Part shown: in pieces, positions 50,450 to 63,797 of the stretch
Layout of the letters: every line of letters begins with the position of its first letter
Numbering within the stretch: the stretch's first letter is position 1
Assembly (NCBI RefSeq): GCF_036321535.1
Contig: NC_087437.1
Location: forward strand, 9,426,001-9,490,000
Origin: Camelus dromedarius
Lineage: Eukaryota
Direction of reading: 5' to 3'
DNA length: 64,000 bases
Notes under the pieces: generated by a model
The model's input: only the letters and a program-made list of their open reading frames with translations
Told to the model about the DNA's origin: nothing
The model's database searches: none
Program-made: the position numbers and the translations under genes

Positions 50450-51207
50450 GGGAGCCCTCCTGCACTGCTGGGGGGGATGCAGTTTGGTGCAGCCATTATG
50501 GAAGACAGTATGGAGGTTCCTCAGAAAACTAAAAACAGACTTACCATATCCAGCGATCCCACTCCTGGGCATATATTCAGAGGGAACCTTCATTCAAAAA
50601 GACACCTGCACCCCAATGTTCACAGCAGCACTATTTACAATAGCCAAGACGTGGAAACAGCCTAAATGTCCATCGACAGATGACTGGATAAAGAAGTGGT
50701 GGTATATTTATATGATGGAATACTACTCAGCCATAAAAATGATAAAATAATGCCATTTGCAGCAAGATGGATGAATCTGAAAAATGTCATTCTAAGTGAA
50801 GTTAAGCCAGAAAGAGAGAGAAAAATACCATATGATACCACTTATATGTGGAATCTAAAACAAACAAACATAACAAAAACAAAAAACTTATTTACAAAAC
50901 AGAAACAGACTCACAGACATAGAATACAAACTATGATTACTAGGGGCAGGAGTAGGTGGGAAGGGATAAATTGGGAATTCGAGATTTGTAGACACTAACT
51001 AACATATATAAAATAGATAAACAACAAGTTTCTACTGTATAGCTCAGGGAACGATATTCAATATCTTGTAGTAACCTATGGTGAAGAAGAATCTGAGAAC
51101 GAATGTGTGTATGTTCCGATGTGACTGAAGCATTATGCTGTACACCAGAAACTAACACAACATTGTAAACTGACTATAGTTCAATAAAAAAATGTATTTA
51201 AAAAAAA
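50450..51207 (+). mobile_element. Young L1: ORF2 C-terminal ~95 codons plus 3' UTR
   Basis: [40 protein letters not shown]...YYSAIK; TSD aagataa at 50443-50449 and 51208-51214. Confidence 0.95.
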
Positions 51208-51299
51208 AAGATAAACATGAAGATTTATAAAGTCATGACACTCACTTTCTGCCTCCAGGTAAGTCAACAACTGTCTTCGCAAACCTTGGTAAAGAGGGG

Positions 51300-51491
51300 A
51301 GGGGTCAGTATATTTCAGGCCTCTGGCCAAATCTGGCCAGTTCTCTGAACATAGAACACAGCCACACCTGTTTTGCTGGCTGCTTCCAGGCTGTGATGGC
51401 TCTGTTGAATACTTGTACCAACACCAGCTGGCATGCGAAGCCTAAAATATTCACTAGATGGCTTTTTACAGAAAGAGCCTGCCAATCCCTG
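51300..51491. mobile_element. MER58A-like hAT-Charlie MITE
   Basis: ggccaaatctggcc...gaacacagccacacc...aagcctaaaatattcactagatggctttttacagaaa...gccaatccctg. Confidence 0.8.
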
Positions 51492-52324
51492 GTCTAGAAG
51501 ATCTCTCAACTGCTAAGGACCTTCTCAGCCCCTGGGAGTGGTGGGGACCAAGGCAGGTGCGAGAACACAGGTGCAGAATTATGCACACACAGCCAAAGAC
51601 CCACGTCCCCTCTTAAACATTCTCATCCTGTTCACTTTTCAAAGGTGGACCCCTCACCTCCCCAAAAGCAAAACCTAGGATCTAGATTCTTTAGAGGAAA
51701 AGACAAGCTTTTATCAGAAACATACAGCCGTTTGGCGCCAAACAGTTGTTCCCTTTGTCTTAAAAAGAAAAATCTCAATTCTCCTTGCTTTGTACATTTT
51801 AACAAATCTCTGACCAGCACTCAAACTGTTTGGTTGGTCCCGGACGTTTTTGAGAATCTGATTCAAGCTGTGAGCCTTCCCCCAGGAAGATGTGTTTGCA
51901 TAATTCAAATAACATCTTACACTCACTTTTCTGTGAGGGGGATGGTTCACTTTAGTATAAGTCTTCTGAACACAGAGCCACTGTGGCTTCTAAATGGGAT
52001 AATTTGTATAATATTCTAAAGGTCAAAATCCCTCTATAGGATTAAAGGCCGATGTGATATAGCAGAAAGCAGATCTGATGAAAAGCCAAAGGTACAAGTT
52101 TATGCATTGTCTCTGCTACTAACGAGACATGACAGGCCACCGAAGCGCTCCTTGCTTTGGGTTCCTCATTTATTAAACGGTGAAAGTAATAAATGCCCTG
52201 CTTATTCCACAGTCTGTGAGAAGAATCCAATGAGGTACTTGTAAGAAAATGTTATAAACCACACACCTCTTCCCATTTGCGTGGTGAAGGCTCGCGACAA
52301 CCCATTTCACAGGAGGGAACGTGG

Positions 52325-52482
52325 AATCCAAGTGTGAGCATCAGACGAGCAGCATCAACCTCACCAAAATACTCGTGAAAATGCAGATTCCAGGGCCCTT
52401 CTTAGCTGGAGCGAACTGGATTCTGCCTTTTGACAAGACAGCCTGGTGATGTGTGCACATGTGAAAACGGGAGGCATACTGC
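52325..52482. mobile_element. MER5A-like MITE
   Basis: gcagcatcaacctcacc...aaatgcagattccagggccc...ttttgacaagacagcctggtgat. Confidence 0.65.
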
Positions 52483-53052
52483 CAGAGAAAGATCTCTCTG
52501 CAAAGTACAAACCATTTCATCAGGCCGATCTCCTTCAGATAAAGAAACAGGCCCCCGGAAATTACAGGACGTGGTGAGGTTTTTGCACAAGTCAAGTTGT
52601 GAAGAGATGGGAGATGCTGGATTTTAGAAATGTTTTTCAAATCATTCTGGGTTCATGGAGCGCACCGCCTAAGTGAAAGACAGACGTATCATAAAATAAA
52701 CACGACGTCCCGTGGGAAGCTTAAAAACAGCTTGACCAGAATGCTGAAACCCACAAAGAGCTGCCAGCGATTATGAGGAGGTCATGGAAGCATTGTCAGG
52801 ACAAGCTGTAGATTTCTAGATCTTCTTTTTATCAGCAAAATTGTCACAGGGGAAGTGGCATATCCATTTCTCTGTACTATCTCGTCCAGATGGAGTAAAA
52901 TCGGTGATGAAAATTATGTAAGCTTTATTGGCTGCTCCCCCTACCACACATCGCTTCTGCCTCTAAAGACGAAAAGTCCTAGAAAATAAGAAGTTGGAGA
53001 CCCAACATGGAAGAAGATGTGGAGAGGGGAATGAAGAATGACTGGGATTATT

Positions 53053-53080
53053 AGACAGACAGACAGACAGACAGACAGAC
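53053..53080. repeat. (GACA)n microsatellite
   Basis: Seen directly. Confidence 0.9.
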
Positions 53081-53684
53081 ACTGCTGCTGACAGTATAAC
53101 CAAGAAAAATCATGGAAAGCGTACATGGGTGAACGTGTTTCTTTGGGTGACAGGAAGACATTCTATTTCCACCTTCTCGTTTTCTGTCACCTGATACAAC
53201 TGGGCAGATGAGGGGCGTAGGACTAAGGGGAGGAGAAGGGAGTGGGAAGAAATGGGAAGTTTTCAACTAAAGAGAACTTAACTTGAAAGGAGAAATGGAT
53301 GGGGGGCTTAGAACATTGGGAACCTCTGGACCTTTCTGAGGGTTTCTGGGCTCTGAGTCATCTCTGTCTTGAGAGCTAGAAGTGTCAGTCTGTCACTCGG
53401 AGGACAGAAAACAGAGAGTGGCTTGAGAGGGGTTTTGGATCAAGTTGAAAGGAAGGACAACATGGAGGTCTGGCTCAGACCACCACGTCGAGGGAGCACC
53501 CGGGATGCAGAGCGGAAGCCTTACCAACTGGAGGAAAACATTTTCCTTATCTTTTCTCTCTCAGAACCCTGAGTCTGGTTGATGAGGACGGAAGGGAGAA
53601 ATAACGCAAGGTGAATGATAACAAAGAGTGATAACCTTTGAAGCCGCTGCCGCTCATTCTGGAGGTATAATAGAAAAGGCAAGG

Positions 53685-53845
53685 GGCTCGGGATAAAAGA
53701 AGCCTGGATTTGAGTCCCAGTTCTGCTCCTCACCACTCCTGTGTGATCTCATGTACCACGGTCAACCTCTCTGAGCTTATCTGAAGACTGTGAATTACTG
53801 TCACATAGCACATAATGTTGTTATGACAGTGACGTGAAATAATGA
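53685..53845 (+). mobile_element. MIR SINE
   Basis: cctggatttgagtcccagttctgct...tgtgtgatct...aacctctctgagctt. Confidence 0.7.
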
Positions 53846-55014
53846 TTATGGGATGTTGAAAAATCCCATATCCATTCTGTCCTCTTCCTTTTTTTTGACC
53901 AAGGCTGTTTGCTAGTCCCTACTCGCACAGTCAGTATCCACTGTGTGTTGAGTACCGTATCCAACGACATTTAGGACCCTTCATTCAAACACACTGAAAA
54001 CATGTAAAGGAAATAATGAATCCAATGCTTACGTCTGAGTGTTCCAGCCCTACTTGTCCTCAGCTCACCCTGCAGGTCTGGTGATTTAACTACAGTATTG
54101 GCCTGCTCTGAGATCAGTCAGCGTGAATGGAAAAACCAGCAAAGTCATGTAATTAGGTACGCAGTTGCTGGAGAACTCGGGGGCCCCACTGGCCTTCTAA
54201 TAAAAGAGAAGCCTGGAAAATCTGTGCCTCCCCAAATTACAGCAGTGGCAGGCGATGGCCTCACCCTGGTAACAGATGGTTTTATTAGTGGCCACTGCCA
54301 GACACTTGGCGGAGGGCGGAGCACGTGGCCGTGAGCATATGTTCTACTTTGCTGGACCAGTAGCTGTGTCACAAGGAAAGCTGGGTCTGAAAATAATTGA
54401 CAGGGAGGGAGACAATACCCTCTTGATGTCACCCAGGGTGAAAACAAACTGAAGGAAATTTAAAAAATTCCTTCCCTTGGCTCCTGAAGCAGGAGAGATA
54501 AGCCCAAATAATTGCATTATTTCCATGGAAAAGGAAGGTCGGGATGTCTCCTGGTTGGGGAAAAGCAGAGCAGGGAACAAGGCACCCCCAGGTGCCGAGC
54601 ACACAGTGAATTGGGGGGACGAAATTCTGACTCCAGCTACCTGGCAAACATATATAAAACAACAAGAGTACAGAACATTTTCCTCTGGTGGCCAATAGAA
54701 AATAGCTTTTTCACAACAACTAAAGACTGTGCATATTAATATTGAAGACACAAGCTAGTAGTTAGCTCCAAAGACCAGCAGACAAACCTAAGACACATAT
54801 TTGAACAATCTTGGAGTCTGTGGTCCTCCACTCCAGTAGATTTAGAGCAATGGCTTTGTAGCAAAGCCTGCTTGGCATTTGGATGCAAACACTGTGACCT
54901 GCTGTGTGGTTATTGTTGTTTTTAAATCAAGTCTGGTAGATGTCCCTAATTTCCCTAGCCCTCGGGTGTTTTTCCCAGAGTCAGAGGGTCCTAGAGAACT
55001 CCACTCCTGCCCAG

Positions 55015-55605
55015 CTTCCTTACCTATCGCTGTGTGATCAGTGACCACAAACTAAGCAGCTAAAAACAGCACAAAATCATGATCTCACAGTTGCACGGTC
55101 CAGACTCCAGGCAGAGGCTGGCTGGTTCTTCTGCTCATGGCCTCCCTAGGCTGAAACTGAGACATGTCCCTGGCTCAGTGTCCTCTTCCAAGCCCACTGA
55201 TTGTGGATAGAAGGCACTTAGTGTCTACAATGCAGTCCCTGCTTTGTTGCTAGCTCTACATCAGGAACCACTCTCGGCTCCTCCCTGCCCTCCTCAGGTC
55301 CTTTCCATATGGCCTCCTCCTTCACAACACAGCAGCTTCCATCTACAAGCCACAGGAGAGTATCTGCTACAGCAGCTTATCTTTTAGAACTGTCACCTGA
55401 TTAGGTCTGGCCCACCCAAGATAATCTCCTTTTGATTAACTCAAAGTTACATAGTTAGGGGTTTTATATCTGTACAACTCCTCACCTTTGCCACATAATG
55501 TAACCTCCTCAAGGGTGGTATCTCATCCTATCCACAGGTTCTGTTATCACTCAAGGGGAGAGGCTCACACAAGGAAACTTGGGGGCTATCTTTGAATTCC
55601 ATGTG
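55015..55605 (-). mobile_element. MaLR LTR (MLT1D/E-like)
   Basis: accacaaactaagcagctaaaaacagcacaaa...cacctgattaggtctggcccacccaagataatctccttttgattaactcaaag. Confidence 0.75.
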
Positions 55606-55614
55606 GTAGACTAT

Positions 55615-57810
55615 TTGTTTTTTTAATTGAATAAAATCTGCATAACATAAAGTTAACTATTTTAAAGTACACAAGTCAGTGAAATTTAGTACATTCACAA
55701 TGTTGTGCAACCATCACCTCCATCTAGTTCCAAAATATTTCCATCACCCCAAAGGGAAACCAAATACCCATTAAATAGTCACTCCCCACTGTCTACTCCC
55801 TTAGCCCTTGGCAGCCACTATTCTGCTTTCTCTCTCTAAGGGTTTACTTATTCTGGATATTTTGTATAAATGGAATCATATGATATGTGATCTTTTGTGT
55901 GTGTGTTTGTGTGTTTTTAACCCCGGGAACATCAGCCTTATGTTTATTAGGAGGGAAGAGTGGGAAGGGGGAGGTCTGCGGCCCTCACTCTCCTTAGATT
56001 GCTTCCACTAAAAACGCAAATTCCTATGAACATTCTTGCACAAGCTTTTTGAACACCCGTTATCCATTCTTTTGAGTCTATATCTAGGAGTGGAATTTCT
56101 GGATCCTACAGTAACTGGCAAATTATCTTCCACCGTGACTGCACCATTTTACCTCTCTACCAGCAATACGTGAGTGTTCTAATTTCTCTATATTCTCACC
56201 AACACTTGTTATTTCATTTTTTTTTTTCATTTTTAGTACTAGTATAGTAGCACACCATTCCAGTGGGTGTAAAGTGACACTTCACTGTGGTTTTGATTTG
56301 CATTTCTCTAATATTACTAATGCTGTTGACACATTTTAATATACTTCTGAGCTACTTTTACGTCTTCTTTACAGAAATGTCTGAAAAACAAGTCCATTGG
56401 CTCGTCTTCAGTTGAGTTGTCTTTTTAAGTTGTGGGACTCCTTTATATTTTCTGGATACTATATCCCCACCAGACATATGATTTGCAGACATTTTTCTCC
56501 CGATCCGTAGATTGTCTTTCCACCTTCTTGATAATGTCCTTTGATGCATACATTTTTAAACTTTGATAAAGTTAATTTTATAAAATTTATCTATTTGTTT
56601 TCTTTGGTTCTTTCTTTTGGAGTCTTACCTAAGGTTTCATTGCCAAATTCCATGAAGATTCACCCTTATGTTTTCTTACTAAAAGTTTATCACTTTCACT
56701 TAGGCCTTTGATCCATATTAAATTAGTTTTTCTATATGGTGTGAGACAGGGGTCCAATTCATTTTTTTTTTTTTTTTGCATAGTCCGTACCCCAGTTGTC
56801 CCAGAAGTATGTCTTGAAGAGATGCTTCAATGTTTTGTAGTTTTCACTATACAAGTTAAGCACCTCCTTGGTTAAATTTACTATTAGGTATTATTTTAAT
56901 GCTATTATAAACGGAATTGTTTTTAACTTCCTTTTTCAGATCATTCATTTGTTACTAGTCTACAGAAATACAATTAATTTTTTGCATGTTGATCCTGTAT
57001 CCTACAACTTTGTGTAATTCATTTATTACCTCTAATTGTTTTGTTTTGTTTTGTTTTGTAAGGTCTTTCAGATTCTTTAGGATTTTTCATATTTAAGATC
57101 ATGTCCATCTGCAAACAGAAGAGGTTTTACTTCATTTCCTATTTGTATGCCTTTAATTCTTTTTCTTGACTAATTGCTTTCTAGAATGTCCAGTATTAGC
57201 ATCCTTGTCTGATTCCTGATCACAGGGGAAAAGCTTTGTCCTTCACCACTAAGTACACTATTAACTGTGGGTTTTTCATAAATAGCCTTTACCATGCTGA
57301 GGAAGTTGGAGTCTGTCCCTCGTTTGAGTGTTTTGTTTTTGTATTTAATCATGAAAGGGTATTGGATTTTTTCAAATTATTTCTCTGCTTCAGTTGAGAT
57401 GATCACATTTTTTTTCCTTTTATTCTATTAATGTGATGTATTACATTGATTGATTCCGTATGTTGAATTGTTCTTTCATTGTTGGAATAAATGCCCCTGT
57501 GATCCTGATGTGTAATACTCATAGGCTAGTGGATTCCACTTGCTAGCAATTTTTTCATGATTTTTGCATCAATATTAAAAATAGTTATTGGTTTACAGTT
57601 TCCTTGTGATGTCTGTCTGCTTTCGGTATCAGGGCAGTGCTGGCCTCAGAGAATGACTTAGGAAGTGTCTTCCCCTCCTCAATTTCCTGAAGAGTTTTAG
57701 AAGGATTGGTGTTCACACATTTTTAAAATATTTGGTAAAATTCACCAATGAAACCATCTGGTTCTGGATGTTTCTTTGTTGAGAGTTTTTTTTTTTTTTT
57801 TTAAATTACC
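55615..57810 (-). mobile_element. Old L1 (L1MB-like), 3' UTR plus decayed ORF2 with internal deletions
   Basis: acattcacaatgttgtgcaaccatcacctccatctagttccaaaatattt; ORF-track NFLSMVKAIYEKPTVNSVLSGE resembles L1 ORF2. Confidence 0.9.
55895..56024 (-). pseudogene. Candidate 5'-truncated processed-transcript 3' end (EFAFLVEAI*, AATAAA, decayed A tail); parent gene not identified
   Basis: Non-L1 insert. On the minus strand: TAA at 55996-55994, AATAAA at 55948-55943, A/AC-rich tail from ~55919. Confidence 0.45.
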
Positions 57811-58894
57811 AAGTTATTCTCTTTCCCTTTTGTTTATCTATTTTTAATTATAAACTTCTAGCTAATGTGGTTGGAACTTAACTGAGGCCCTCTTCCTTTC
57901 TTTCCAAAATGCTCGCATTATGAATCTATTGTGGCAAAGCCGTGGCTTTATTTAACAGGAAGACCTCATTGGGGTGAAATGGGAGCTGGCAGTTCACGGG
58001 GCTGCGGTGACCCGAACAGAGAGAGCAGATTACTTGTCAACTTAAAATTGGGAGCAACAGAAAACTGTTACTATTATTACCTTAGAGACATTGAAACGTG
58101 AGTGGATTTAGAAAATAAATCAACCGTAAGGAATTAATGTCTGTCTCATAAATGCTAAAAGGAAAACAAACAATTAAGAAATGATGCCTCTCTCTCCACA
58201 AAAGGAAAGGAATATAATTTTTAACTTCTGTAAGAGACTAGATATCTTTCTTAAACTAGGTCATGCACTAGGCAATCACAGGCTACAGAAATGTTTAATC
58301 AATACATTTCCTTAAAAGCAAAGAAATTGTGAATAAAAATGTAATTTATGGCTCATGAAAATGATACCCATTGTCAAATATAGATTGCCATTCCAATATC
58401 ATCCAGGAGTGTATACTTGTGAAGGAATCAGTATATATTAAATAATTTTTCCAACAATAGTAGAGAGTTAAGAAAGTCTTCAAGCTTCAATCATGGCGAT
58501 GGAGTCATTTCTTTGATAAATCCAATCATTGTTTCCCTGGGGAAATGGACTCGCTGCTTGGGAAAGAATTTCCCGTTACTGCTTCCAAAAGGACTTGTTT
58601 TTTAATTTGCTTAAGATCCCTGAAGCAGAAGGTCTAAGCCCCTCCGAAATCACGGAATCATAGCAATGTTTATAAAATAGGTATCTTCAAATGAACAATA
58701 CAAAACACTTGAAGCAGCATCTAGTCTTGCAGAAAAATAAGGTTATTTTCCGAGTGGATCCATCCCGGTGTATAAAGTGTAGCAGGCACAGCCTAACCAC
58801 TGCTTGGGTGCTTGGGTGACAGCAGGGCGGTTCACACGGGCCAACTGCATCAGATGATGCTTTTTCTGCTCTAGAGGGGGAAACATACTCAGTA

Positions 58895-59050
58895 GAACAC
58901 TGTCCTGGCCGTACCATCTCATTATCTGTGTGAGCCCCAAGCAAGTCACAATCTCTGAGCCTGAGTTTCCTCACCTTTATTATTAGAATAAAAATGCTCA
59001 CCTGCCCGTTGGGCAGATTAATAATATCATGTTTAGGAAATGCTTTGAAA
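58895..59050 (+). mobile_element. MIR SINE
   Basis: gcaagtcacaatctctgagcctgagtttcctcacctttat. Confidence 0.7.
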
Positions 59051-59059
59051 GCCACAGAT

Positions 59060-59490
59060 GTCAGCAAAGTTAAGTTTTCAAGGGTTTGTCTGCAAGTGAT
59101 TGACTGGGAAGAGCTCCCAAGAGAAACAAGGAAGGGAGTCAGAGAAGCAGGACGGGGAAGGGGGAGAGGGGAGGGAAGCGGGAGCATGTAGGCAATCTTG
59201 ATCCTGCAGGGAGCTCTGCAGTTTTAATGCTGTCAGAGGTCTTCCCTCCTCAAGGCAAGATGGTGGGAGGTCCTTGCTAAGGGCCCCCTTGTAGGCTATG
59301 AACCCCTTAGGTACCCCAGCACTCTGTATTTGTGAGCAGAGCAGCTCCAGGTACATAGGACCTGTCCTCCAAAGAGAGTCACAGATGCAGGTGGCATCTT
59401 AGAAACAAACCAGCAAATGCGAGGGAGAAAGAATGGATGCACCAAACCGTGAAACTGACCGGCCAAGAGAGTCCACGAGAACCGTCTTCC
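59060..59490 (-). mobile_element. Old ERVL-class LTR (LTR33/LTR16-like)
   Basis: tgcaagtgattgactgggaagagctcccaag...ggaagggagtcagagaagcagg...gatcctgcagggagctctg. Confidence 0.5.
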
Positions 59491-59597
59491 TTAACATTTC
59501 ACTTTCTTCCCCAACTTTTATTTTTTAACAGTTTTCTAAAAAACTGTCTAGACAGTGTTTTTTTTTTTTTCCTATAGATACTAGTCACTGCTATTTA

Positions 59598-59790
59598 TTT
59601 TATTTTATGAAGTATAGTTGATGTATAATGTGTTAATTTCTGGAGTACATCATAGTGATACAGTTATATATATAAATATATAATATATATATATTCTTTC
59701 TCATATTCTTTTTCATTGAAGGTTATTACAAGCTATTGAATATAGTTCTCTGTGCTATACAGTAGGTCCTTATTGTTTATCTATTTTATA
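59598..59790 (-). mobile_element. Young L1 3' end (antisense)
   Basis: tgaagtatagttgat...attgaatatagttctctgtgctatacagtaggtcctt; flanking 25-bp direct repeat. Confidence 0.92.
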
Positions 59791-61364
59791 GATAGTAGTC
59801 ACTGCTATTTAAAATCAAGATGTTTCGATAACTGTGCAAACCAATTACAGTTCCAGAACTCAGCATAAAGCTTACATATGCTATAATAAAACAGCCTTTC
59901 CAAATGTTTCGATTTTCAGCTTAATCTTACAAGAAAGAGAGCACATTTTTTTTTAAAGCTATGTAAAACAGATGTGAGAACAAACTCAGGACATGTCCAT
60001 GTATGTTCTAGTACATAAAAGATACATGTACCCTGTCATAATTCAAACAAAATATAACTTCCCTAGACAGCACATCAAATAACAAAAGCATTTTTTCTCG
60101 GGCTTCCCCATTTTTTAGGCTTCCTGAAATTGGACACCGTCAAGAAGTTTTTGAATATCTCCATATGAGATATAGTTTGCAGGGAGCTATTTATCTCAAG
60201 AGTCTTGAAAAGCAAACTAGTGGATGGGGGAAAATGCGGTAACAGGTCCCTGGGGGATAATTAATCATCACTTACTTTGGAACTGCACTCAATGTCGGTG
60301 GCATTGTCATTTGAGAATGAGAAATTCAAGTATTCTTCAGCCTCAATAGGAATGCTGTCAGGTTCTGTAGACATTCATTTCAAGTTTAGACAGTGAAGGA
60401 ATTTTTGCTAGAAGTATCTCAACCCATCAGAAACCAAAGTTAAGGAATTTTATAAAGGTGTAAATTATTTCAGTTGAGAAACAAGCACTGTCACAGGGCA
60501 AATTAAAACTACTGCATTTTTTTTCATCCACAATGAAACTATTCGGATACAATTATGACTAAATTAAAATGCATTTGACTTGGCTGTTTTAGTAAACAGA
60601 ATAGTAGTTTTTACACCACATGCCCATTGTTCACAATTACTGTCCTCTGTGAACTTTTTCTTTATTTTCTTACATGATGAATTGTGACTGCCATCTCGAT
60701 TTGAAAAGGAAAAATAAGGCTTGACCTGCATGCTGTAATTAAAATGAACACACACGTGGTGATGGCAGTTAGCAGTGGAGAGGAAGGTTTTTAAGGAATC
60801 AATCAGGTGAAAAGTAAATCTATCACAAGGAATTACTTAAGTTTCTCCAGGGTGTTCAGAGTGACTGGGAATAAGAGATGATTCAAAAGTAGAGGCAGTG
60901 GGATTTCTTTTCCATTCATCAAGCCTTGTCCAGCGCTTGAAAAGTGCATGCGTGCGATCAACAGACAAGAGTTTGAATCCCTCTTTCCACTTCAGAGCAA
61001 TTCATCCCTGAACAGTTCATTTTAGCCTCTCTTGTCTTTAGTTTCTCCTAGTTTACTTCATTTAAACTGGGTTTAATTTTCATTTGCATTATTTACTAAA
61101 TTTTACAGATGAGGGAACTGAGTATCAGAGACGTTAAGTAATTTCTCCCAAGATCGGAATGATGAAGGTGGGTCTGAGTTCAACGAGAGTCTATGAGTGT
61201 TGTTGCCACTGTCCTACCCTGTTTTACTTCTATCACTTTATTATTAAAAAGGATATTCTTTGGAAAAATCACTCTTAAGGGTGAAATTTTAATAATTATC
61301 ATAATTTCTTCTTTGAGAAACGGAAGTTCAAAAAACAACAAAACTCTCTCCAAGAGTCTAGATA

Positions 61365-61586
61365 AAGCAATGTCACCCACTATGACCTGGTAGCCACCAG
61401 TCACATGTGGCTATTTAAACGTAAGTAAATTCAAAATTTTTCTTTTTTTTTTTAAATTACAAATTCCTACTTGCAAGAGTCACATTTCAAGTACTCGACA
61501 GCCACATAGGGCCACTGGCTACCATATTGGAGAGCAGGAATAAAGAACACTTTCATCCTCACAGAAATTTCCGTTGGATATTGCTA
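61365..61586. mobile_element. MER3/MER33-like hAT-Charlie element
   Basis: ggtagccaccagtcacatgtggctatttaaa...cacatttcaagtactcgacagccacat...ggctaccatattggagagc. Confidence 0.75.
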
Positions 61587-62234
61587 GCTGGAGCCTAGAT
61601 TCGGGACTTCCAACGTTGTATTTTATGGCCACTAACATTTTATCTAGGTTCTTTTTCTGTCTTACTCCTAGACATGGTGTTTTAGTTTACTTTTAGGACC
61701 CTATATGACAATACGCATCTTTAAGTATTTTGTCGGGTGATGAGGCAACACAGAAATTACGCTGCAAAATACCAAATAAGCCAAGTGGTTTAGAAACACA
61801 GACATTTTTTCTTATCATTTGTGAAGCCTGGGAGAGTGTGCTGAAACTCAAACTCTACGCAAGATGCAGCGTAGGGTCTTCTATAGACAAGAAGCTGAGC
61901 AAATAAGACGCCAGATATTAAGACACTCTAATTACTAGGCTTTCCCACCTCTTATTTATTTGGTTTTATATATAAAAGGGGAAAACGTGTAGCCAAAGCA
62001 AGTGCCAGTTTGGACAGAAGCAGCAGTTTGATTCATGTTGACTCCTGGAGGTAGAGAGGAAGAGATCTGTTTGATGGATCTTGAGGGTGGCTCATGTCTC
62101 TAAGCAGGTTTAAACTTCCAAGCTGTTCAGAGAAGAGATTCTAACTACCAGCCTTTTGATCCTTGGATTATCTCCTTCCATTTACGTGAATGATGTGGGA
62201 AAGCAGTACCAGATATTAGATTAATTCAAATTAG

Positions 62235-62264
62235 GTGCGTGTGTGTGTGTGTGTGTGTGTGTGT
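62235..62264. repeat. (TG)n microsatellite
   Basis: Seen directly. Confidence 0.9.
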
Positions 62265-63797
62265 CCCCACACACGAGAGAGGTGGGGAGAAGGAGATCAT
62301 GTGCCTGTGTAAGTGATGTGTGTGCATTTCTCATCAATCTGGGTGAAAATGTGCATGTTCAGGTGTGGCATCCGTCGCTGGCAGCTTTCACCGTGTGGAC
62401 TCAAATGTAAATCAGGCTCTGAATGTTGGTACTGCTGATTCTCAACGACTCGTGGTTATAGGTGTGAAATCCACGAGTTCATAGTGTCCGTTCAATCCAG
62501 TTTAAGTAAAACAGCCTATTTGTGATGAGGAGAAGTCACAAAAGACCACTCTACGATTCAGACATTTGTCTCTGACCATACAACCTGGACCCACGGCTCC
62601 GCTGAAGACCGGTTTTGTCCTTTATAAAATGGGTGAGCCAAGTAATCTTTGACCACCCCACCTCTGACATCGGGACTTCTCCCCATCACAACTCTCCGCG
62701 GAGATGCCAGGAGTATGGTAGTGCGGCCAAGACTGGCTTTCCCTTTACCCTTTCCCATCCATCGGGTGGAGATGTTGATGAGCAGTGGAGCAGCCAGAGG
62801 CAGACGTGGAGGAAGAATGGGCAGGTGCCCGGAGCGCAAGATCTCACCAAAGACGAAACATTTTCCCTTGGTTAATCAGCATTTGGCTGAAATGCACGTT
62901 GCTGCCATCTACCTCCCATCGACCACAAAACGGGAATCTGGGAGAGGTCACTTTCAATGTGTTTTGGAAACCGTAAGGTAGAATGTCCATACATCGACAG
63001 AATCGAATAAAGAGTCTTGCCTACACCCTTGTGCTCATTTGCCCCGTGTGACTGATGTGCGTGTTAGCCACGCAGCAAAGCGTGCTGATTTGTCTAGTAC
63101 TCAAGTGCGGCTTGCCTTCCTTCCTCCCTTATTCCTTCCCTTCTGTTTCTTCCTTCCTTCCCTTTTCTCTCTTGTTTGTCACACCAATCTAACTCCTTTT
63201 GCACTTAGTACCTGAAAACAGAATGTTACGACACAGGTGCCCAGTAACGCTCTTGCTGATACGGACTCCAGCATCATTTCGTCAGGACTCTTGGTCCCTC
63301 CTGCTCTAAACTACAAACAGGATCATCAGCCACGTCCTCCAAGAATTCCAATTTACCAAGAGCACTGTACCACCCATTTTATTTTAATAATCTACTTCCT
63401 CTACTCAATATAATATTCCCATTTTGTACTAGTTAATTAGGGCTGGAAGAAACCATATGAACTAGTTTCTTTAATGGTAAATTGAGGTCATCATAAAAGT
63501 ATACGTGAAGCTAGCACTATTTTTATAGGGGAACAGAACAACATCACTGCAGAATTTCTTCCTCTAAACCACACATGCTTAATTTTTTACAGATTTCATT
63601 GTCAAAGCAAGGAACTAAACACTGCACAGTAATGAAATTTAATTTTCAAATCGACTCATAAAAATCTGTTTGTATTTCCCTCTCTTAGTGGTCTCCCAAC
63701 TTTCCCAGGCAGAAAATTTACCTGAGGTTTATTGTTGAAGATACAATCCCTGGACTCTTCCCTTTGACCCGAGAAAAGAATCTCGTGGATGAGTTGA

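Noticed and set aside
50427..50750. Protein-coding ORF with real homology (also 24396-24587, 57170-57352)
   Set aside because: Fragments of L1 ORF2 in truncated retrotransposons, not host genes.
62448..62478. 8-bp inverted repeat actcgtgg/ccacgagt
   Set aside because: Too short to distinguish from chance.
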